Below are positions 34,327 to 38,496 of a stretch of DNA of 38,496 nt, in pieces. Source of the DNA: a virus; the IMG/VR virus record IMGVR_UViG_3300045988_142547. The stretch is one strand, 5' to 3'. The number at the start of each line of letters is the position of its first letter. Within the stretch, counting starts at the first letter, position 1. The notes under the pieces are model-generated. The model made no database searches. It saw only the letters and a list, made by a program, of their open reading frames with translations, and had not been told where the DNA came from. The position numbers were made by a program, and so were the translations under genes.

Positions 34327-36582
34327 ATGGCAGAAAGTATACAAACCGATTTTTTAGAAATCCTTGAAAATGTCGACCCTGCGATGTTGGATTACCAGGA
34401 ATGGGTCAACGTGGGGATGGCTCTTAAATATGAGGGCTATACTGCTTCAGATTGGGACAAATGGTCGCAGCGTGATTCGGGCCGTTATCACCCAGGGGAG
34501 TGTTACTCGAAGTGGGATACATTCCAAGGCACAGGCTCGCCTGTTACGGGTGGAACTATCTTTCATCTTGCTACTGAGCAGGGGTGGGAGCCATCGGGCG
34601 CTCACGATCGATACGATGACGGTCGGGGCGTACTCGATTGGAACTCGTACATCCAATATGATAATGGATATAAATTTCTAGATAAAGCCTATGTTGATGG
34701 CAAGGAGTTCCATGAGCCGACTCACTTTAATCCAGTGCAAGAAATCATTCGGTACTTGGATACGCTGTTCATGTCGGATGACATCGTGGCCTACTCTATG
34801 GAAAGTTACCCCAAGTATGGCGAGAACGGCGCAGTCGAGAAGTATCTGCCAAATAAAGGCAGCTACTATCGTACAGCCGGGGAGCTCATTCGCGAGTTGA
34901 ATCGATACCAAAGTATAGACGCTGCGCTCGGGTCCTACAATCCCGAAGCTGGCGCTTGGGTCCGATTTAATCCTATGGACGGCCAAGGCGTGAAAAATGA
35001 AAATGTGACGAACTTTAGATATGCGCTCGTTGAATCTGATAATATGGACCTCGAAAAGCAGAACGCCATCATGCGTGAGCTTGAGCTGCCAATTGCAGCC
35101 ATGGTCTACAGCGGCGGCAAGTCCATTCATGCTATCGTTCGAATCGAAGCTGCCAATAAAGATGAGTACAAAACCCGAGTGGATTACTTGTATAAAATCT
35201 GTAAAAAAAATGGTCTGAATGTCGATGAGCAAAACAAAAACCCGAGCCGATTGAGTAGGCTACCGGGGGTTATGCGTGGAAAAAATAAGCAGTACATCAT
35301 CGACACGAATATCGGGCAGGCTTCTTGGGATGAATGGTACCAGTACATCGAGGATTTAAATGATGAGCTGCCGGACCCGGAAGGCTTGAGCGATTCTTGG
35401 GATAATATGCCCGAGCTCGCTCCGGAGCTAATCCAGGGCGTGCTGCGCCAGGGTCACAAAATGTTAATCGCTGGCCCATCAAAAGCTGGTAAATCATTTC
35501 TATTAATTGACATGACCATTGCTATCGCGGAAGGGTCCAAGTGGCTAGGATGGCCATGTACGCAGGGCCGGGTCCTATATGTGAACCTTGAGCTCGACCG
35601 TGCATCGTGCTTGCATCGTTTTAAGGATGTATATACAGCCAGGGGCGTTGAACCGAATCATGTTTCAAATATTGATATATGGAACCTACGGGGTAAAACC
35701 GTACCAATGGACAAGCTGGCACCTAAGCTCATCAGACGGGCCCATAAAAAAGGGTACATCGCAGTTATCATCGACCCGATTTATAAAGTACTGACCGGGG
35801 ATGAAAACTCTGCAGACCAAATGGCCCACTTCACGAACCAATTTGACAAAGTGGCCACTGAGCTAGGCTGCTCAGTTATCTACTGCCACCACCACTCAAA
35901 AGGTGCGCAGGGAGGTAAAAAATCCATGGACCGTGCTAGTGGGTCGGGCGTATTCGCTCGGGACCCGGACGCTCTAATTGACCTGGTAGAGCTTGAAGTG
36001 ACTGAAGAAGTCATGAAGCAGCGCACTGAGCGTGTTGCGTGTGGTATCTACAAGGACGCTATTAATCGAATGAATCGACCTTACATGGAGCAATATGTGG
36101 GGCTCGATGACCTACAGTCTAGGGTCCAAATGCGCGACCATTTCGAGCGTGCAGTCGTTAATATCAAGGATAGATGGGAAACGAACGAGCTCGTAAAAAT
36201 CTCTATGGAAAAAACCAAATCAAGCACAGCCTGGCGCGTGGATGGTACGCTGCGTGAATTCGCGAAATTCAAACCTAAAAATATATGGTTCAGCTATCCG
36301 CTGCATAGCGTGGACGAGTCCGGTATCTTGACCGATATCGAAGTAGATGATGCGACTCCACCTTGGAAGAAAAACTTCCAAAAGAAAGCCGACCCGGATA
36401 AGCGCAAGGAGGAACGAGCAGCCGCTTTTGAGGAGGCGTATGCTTCGGTTTTTGATGGCGTGAACCCGGTCACTAAAAATGATATGTGTGAGGCTTTGGG
36501 AATTTCTTCACGAACTTTCAAGCGCAGAATCGATGAAAATCCTGCCTATAAAATGGATGGAGATTACGTTCTAAAAGCGTAG
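34327..36582 (+). CDS. DNA primase / replicative helicase fusion (PriCT-like N-terminus, C-terminal RepA/AAA_25-type ATPase)
   Basis: 751 aa. The N-terminal block is YQEWVNVGMALKYEGYTASDWDKWSQ. Walker A is IAGPSKAGKSFL and Walker B is AVIIDPIY. Iterons lie immediately downstream. Confidence 0.8.
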   Translation: MAESIQTDFLEILENVDPAMLDYQEWVNVGMALKYEGYTASDWDKWSQRDSGRYHPGECYSKWDTFQGTGSPVTGGTIFHLATEQGWEPSGAHDRYDDGRGVLDWNSYIQYDNGYKFLDKAYVDGKEFHEPTHFNPVQEIIRYLDTLFMSDDIVAYSMESYPKYGENGAVEKYLPNKGSYYRTAGELIRELNRYQSIDAALGSYNPEAGAWVRFNPMDGQGVKNENVTNFRYALVESDNMDLEKQNAIMRELELPIAAMVYSGGKSIHAIVRIEAANKDEYKTRVDYLYKICKKNGLNVDEQNKNPSRLSRLPGVMRGKNKQYIIDTNIGQASWDEWYQYIEDLNDELPDPEGLSDSWDNMPELAPELIQGVLRQGHKMLIAGPSKAGKSFLLIDMTIAIAEGSKWLGWPCTQGRVLYVNLELDRASCLHRFKDVYTARGVEPNHVSNIDIWNLRGKTVPMDKLAPKLIRRAHKKGYIAVIIDPIYKVLTGDENSADQMAHFTNQFDKVATELGCSVIYCHHHSKGAQGGKKSMDRASGSGVFARDPDALIDLVELEVTEEVMKQRTERVACGIYKDAINRMNRPYMEQYVGLDDLQSRVQMRDHFERAVVNIKDRWETNELVKISMEKTKSSTAWRVDGTLREFAKFKPKNIWFSYPLHSVDESGILTDIEVDDATPPWKKNFQKKADPDKRKEERAAAFEEAYASVFDGVNPVTKNDMCEALGISSRTFKRRIDENPAYKMDGDYVLKA

Positions 36583-36585
36583 ATT

Positions 36586-36886
36586 TTACACCTGGCAGGT
36601 GTATTGGACAAAGACAAACTCGAGGACATGTCATTGGACAAAATGGACAAAACACCGAGTTTGTCCATTTGTCCATCGGTCATTCGTTGCACCTTTTAGG
36701 TGTAAAAAAATCGTTTTGGACATGGACAAACTCGAGGCATTTGTCCATTTGTCCATGGACAGGCACCCTGTACCCCTAACTGGGGGTAAAAAGGGAAGTT
36801 GTCCAAAATTGGCCAAGTCCACGAATGGGTCAGTCAGGGGGGCATTACATGCTGCCCCCCCTGGCCTGCCCACTCAATCATGGACA
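36586..36886. repeat. Iteron array / probable origin of replication
   Basis: TGGACA occurs 7 times on the + strand (36605, 36635, 36644, 36717, 36723, 36756, 36881). TGTCCA occurs 5 times (36662, 36670, 36742, 36750, 36800). These form two large inverted repeats. There are two similar hairpins, cacct-NNN-aggtg (36586..36603 and 36690..36706). The block gacaaactcgagg is duplicated. A GC hairpin lies at about 36832..36864. Confidence 0.75.
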
Positions 36887-36944
36887 ATCGCGAAAATGAA
36901 AAATAAAAGAATGTGAAAAAATCACAAACTAATGAGGTAAAAAT

Positions 36945-37196
36945 ATGGCACGTAAAAAACGTAAAAAATCGGCACTGTTAGAAGTGGCAAAAAATATGCC
37001 GATGAACTTTCATAGGCTCCCGGGTATGGGATACGACCCGGATAAATCGAAGGTACTTGATTGGATTGCAAATCAACCCGAATTGCTCGAGTGGGTTTTT
37101 CAGCAGCTACGCTCGACCGGTTATATCGTCTATGACCCTCAATGGCAAGCGTGGCACGGTGTCGATTTCAGAAAGGTGGATGATGAGTCATTATGA
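36945..37196 (+). CDS. Hypothetical protein (83 aa, basic N-terminus)
   Basis: RBS TGAGGTAAAAAT precedes the ATG. First ORF after the iteron region. Confidence 0.55.
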   Translation: MARKKRKKSALLEVAKNMPMNFHRLPGMGYDPDKSKVLDWIANQPELLEWVFQQLRSTGYIVYDPQWQAWHGVDFRKVDDESL

Positions 37197-37588
37197 TGGT
37201 TGAATTCTTCGTTCCTATGGAACTACCTACAACTACACATCAGCAGAAAAAGGTTGCGGTCAAAAATGGCCAGCCCCGATTCTACGAGCCGGACGATGTG
37301 GTCGCTGCTCGGGCTAAGTTCATGGCTTACTTCTCGCACTTCGTTCCGCCCGATAAATTGAAGGCTCCGCTGCGCTTAACCACTAAGTGGATTTACCCTA
37401 TGAAAAAAGGTACCTATAATGGCCAGTGGAAAACGACAAAGCCCGACACGGATAATATTATCAAGCTGCCGCAGGATTGCCTGGCCGAGTTGGGGTTCTT
37501 TGAAAATGATGCAGGTATCGCTTCGAATATCATTGAAAAATTTTGGGGCGACCCGTGCGGCGTTTATGTTAAATTAGAGGAGTTGTAA
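37193..37588 (+). CDS. rusA: RusA-family Holliday junction resolvase
   Basis: 131 aa. KPDTDNIIKLPQDCLAELGFFENDAGI matches the RusA pattern kPD.DN..K...D.L......DD..i. The start forms an ATGA overlap with the upstream gene. Confidence 0.75.
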   Translation: MMVEFFVPMELPTTTHQQKKVAVKNGQPRFYEPDDVVAARAKFMAYFSHFVPPDKLKAPLRLTTKWIYPMKKGTYNGQWKTTKPDTDNIIKLPQDCLAELGFFENDAGIASNIIEKFWGDPCGVYVKLEEL

Positions 37589-37594
37589 CAACCT

Positions 37595-37852
37595 ATGGAT
37601 TATCAAGCACTATATACGGATGTAGGGCTGTGGATTTTAGAGCAGCAACGCCAAGCCCAGCAGCTTGGATTCGGGTCCGCTGCCTACCTTGATTGGGTCA
37701 TCTTATCCGGTGGCCAGTTATGCGATAAATATTATAACGATAATTTCGTACTGAAACAGGTTGGTTTCCTGTGGGACCATATCGATGAGGCGTTAAAAAA
37801 GCAAGGAAGGGGTACAATCCATGAGCGAGTCAAAAGAAATCAAAATATATAG
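37595..37852 (+). CDS. Hypothetical protein (85 aa)
   Basis: Compact + strand ORF. No motif recognised. Confidence 0.5.
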   Translation: MDYQALYTDVGLWILEQQRQAQQLGFGSAAYLDWVILSGGQLCDKYYNDNFVLKQVGFLWDHIDEALKKQGRGTIHERVKRNQNI

Positions 37853-38222
37853 AGAGGCATACGAATACGAAAATATAGTAATCGTTTCTGTCGCTGGTGA
37901 AAATCGCGTAATGCGTAAAGCTGACCGGTCTATCGTGGGGCCTACTCCGGAGCTGCTAAAAAGCACCCGGGTCCAGCTGCCTGAGCTCCCGGAAGTCGAA
38001 CGGTCCAGGACCGCTCCTAGGTTCCAGGATACTACTTTACGTATGGAGCTCGCGGAGTGCTTGAAGGCGAATGAGCTCGCATTGTCGGACTTTGTAAAAC
38101 AATCAGATATTTTGAGCTACCATCCGACCTATAATTTTCTAAAAAAGGGCACTCGCATGACCCTGCAAGACTTGAACGAAATAAAAAGGATAGTGAATCA
38201 ATATGTACGTAATTCAAAATAA
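37821..38222 (+). CDS. Hypothetical protein (133 aa)
   Basis: The ATG is preceded by AAGGAAGGGG. Overlaps the upstream ORF by 32 nt. Confidence 0.5.
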   Translation: MSESKEIKIYREAYEYENIVIVSVAGENRVMRKADRSIVGPTPELLKSTRVQLPELPEVERSRTAPRFQDTTLRMELAECLKANELALSDFVKQSDILSYHPTYNFLKKGTRMTLQDLNEIKRIVNQYVRNSK

Positions 38223-38496
38223 GGACGGGTGGTTCTTTAGTGGTCTGAAGTCTTATGCGACCATTTTCGGTTACTACTCATCGGACCATCCTATGACGAC
38301 TCACGTATATAAGCGCTACTTGGAAGACGCTGCCTTGTTTGGTGGTGTCATCGTGGCCCTGCTCTATATGCAGGAGCATGGCATCCAGGGTCGTATCATA
38401 CGTGTAAACAATTCAAACAAACGAAACAATCAGCCGGTTATGGTCCAGGCGCTGCTGCCCGGTCAGACCGAATTTACTCCCTATGTGGAATACATT
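38203..38496 (+). CDS. Hypothetical protein, N-terminal part of the junction-spanning gene (continues at 56..214)
   Basis: From ATG 38203 the frame is open for exactly 98 codons to the contig end, and continues in frame after the 55-nt overlap. Confidence 0.65.
   Translation, partial: MYVIQNKDGWFFSGLKSYATIFGYYSSDHPMTTHVYKRYLEDAALFGGVIVALLYMQEHGIQGRIIRVNNSNKRNNQPVMVQALLPGQTEFTPYVEYI
38442..38496. repeat. Terminal direct repeat, copy 2 (identical to 1..55)
   Basis: Exact 55-nt identity with the contig start. Confidence 0.9.

Noticed and set aside
36599-36916. 105-aa + strand ORF (and minus-strand ORF 36631..36873) in the gap after the primase-helicase
   Set aside because: The sequence is composed of the TGGACA/TGTCCA iterons and hairpins. 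There is no RBS. It is better explained as origin DNA.
91-38217. All minus-strand ORFs in the six-frame track (for example 91..348, 8313..8708, 17038..17535, 17959..18579, 20270..20848, 34678..35232)
   Set aside because: Each lies entirely inside a well-supported + strand gene. They lack RBS-like sequences and show composition that mirrors the opposite-strand codons. They are typical shadow ORFs.

Overview
The window is a complete, circularly closed tailed-phage genome. The first 55 nt (1..55) are repeated exactly at 38442..38496, so the unique length is about 38,441 bp, and one ORF reads across the junction. Every credible gene is on the + strand and no integrase or lysogeny module is visible.

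Gene order around the circle:
- Two near-identical sigma-A-type early promoters (about 26958 and 27833) drive small unknown early genes and an HTH protein.
- A replication/recombination module follows: SMC-like ATPase, Sak4/AAA_24 ATPase, DUF669, SF2 helicase, primase-helicase.
- Next are an iteron-type origin (36586..36886), RusA, more small ORFs running across the contig junction, NrdH and a RinA-family late activator.
- An accessory block (3984..6482) follows. It holds a promoter, a ~280-nt ORF-less structured transcript and a terminator, then a ParB-domain/DNA-methyltransferase fusion, then an 867-bp repeat-rich ORF-free region.
- The late operon is terS, terL, SPP1-type portal, Mu-F/gp7 minor head protein, scaffold, major capsid, connectors, major tail protein, G/G-T chaperones with a canonical -1 slippery site, tape measure and tail tip/fibre proteins.
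- It ends with a lysis cassette (LL-H-type holin, CHAP plus choline/cell-wall-binding-repeat endolysin) that has a collagen-like BppU-type fibre gene inserted in it.

The endolysin, holin and RinA types point to a Gram-positive (Bacillota) host.

Most noteworthy observations:
- The two ORF-free segments flanking the methyltransferase.
- Near-total loss of GATC. I count about 8 sites by eye, all in CGATC, six as TCACGATC, all on one strand.
- An apparent excess of GGWCC.
- A promoter/terminator-bounded early-type cassette embedded in the head module.
- An Acr/Aca-like early operon.

All functional calls come from motif recognition by eye. No database search was run.
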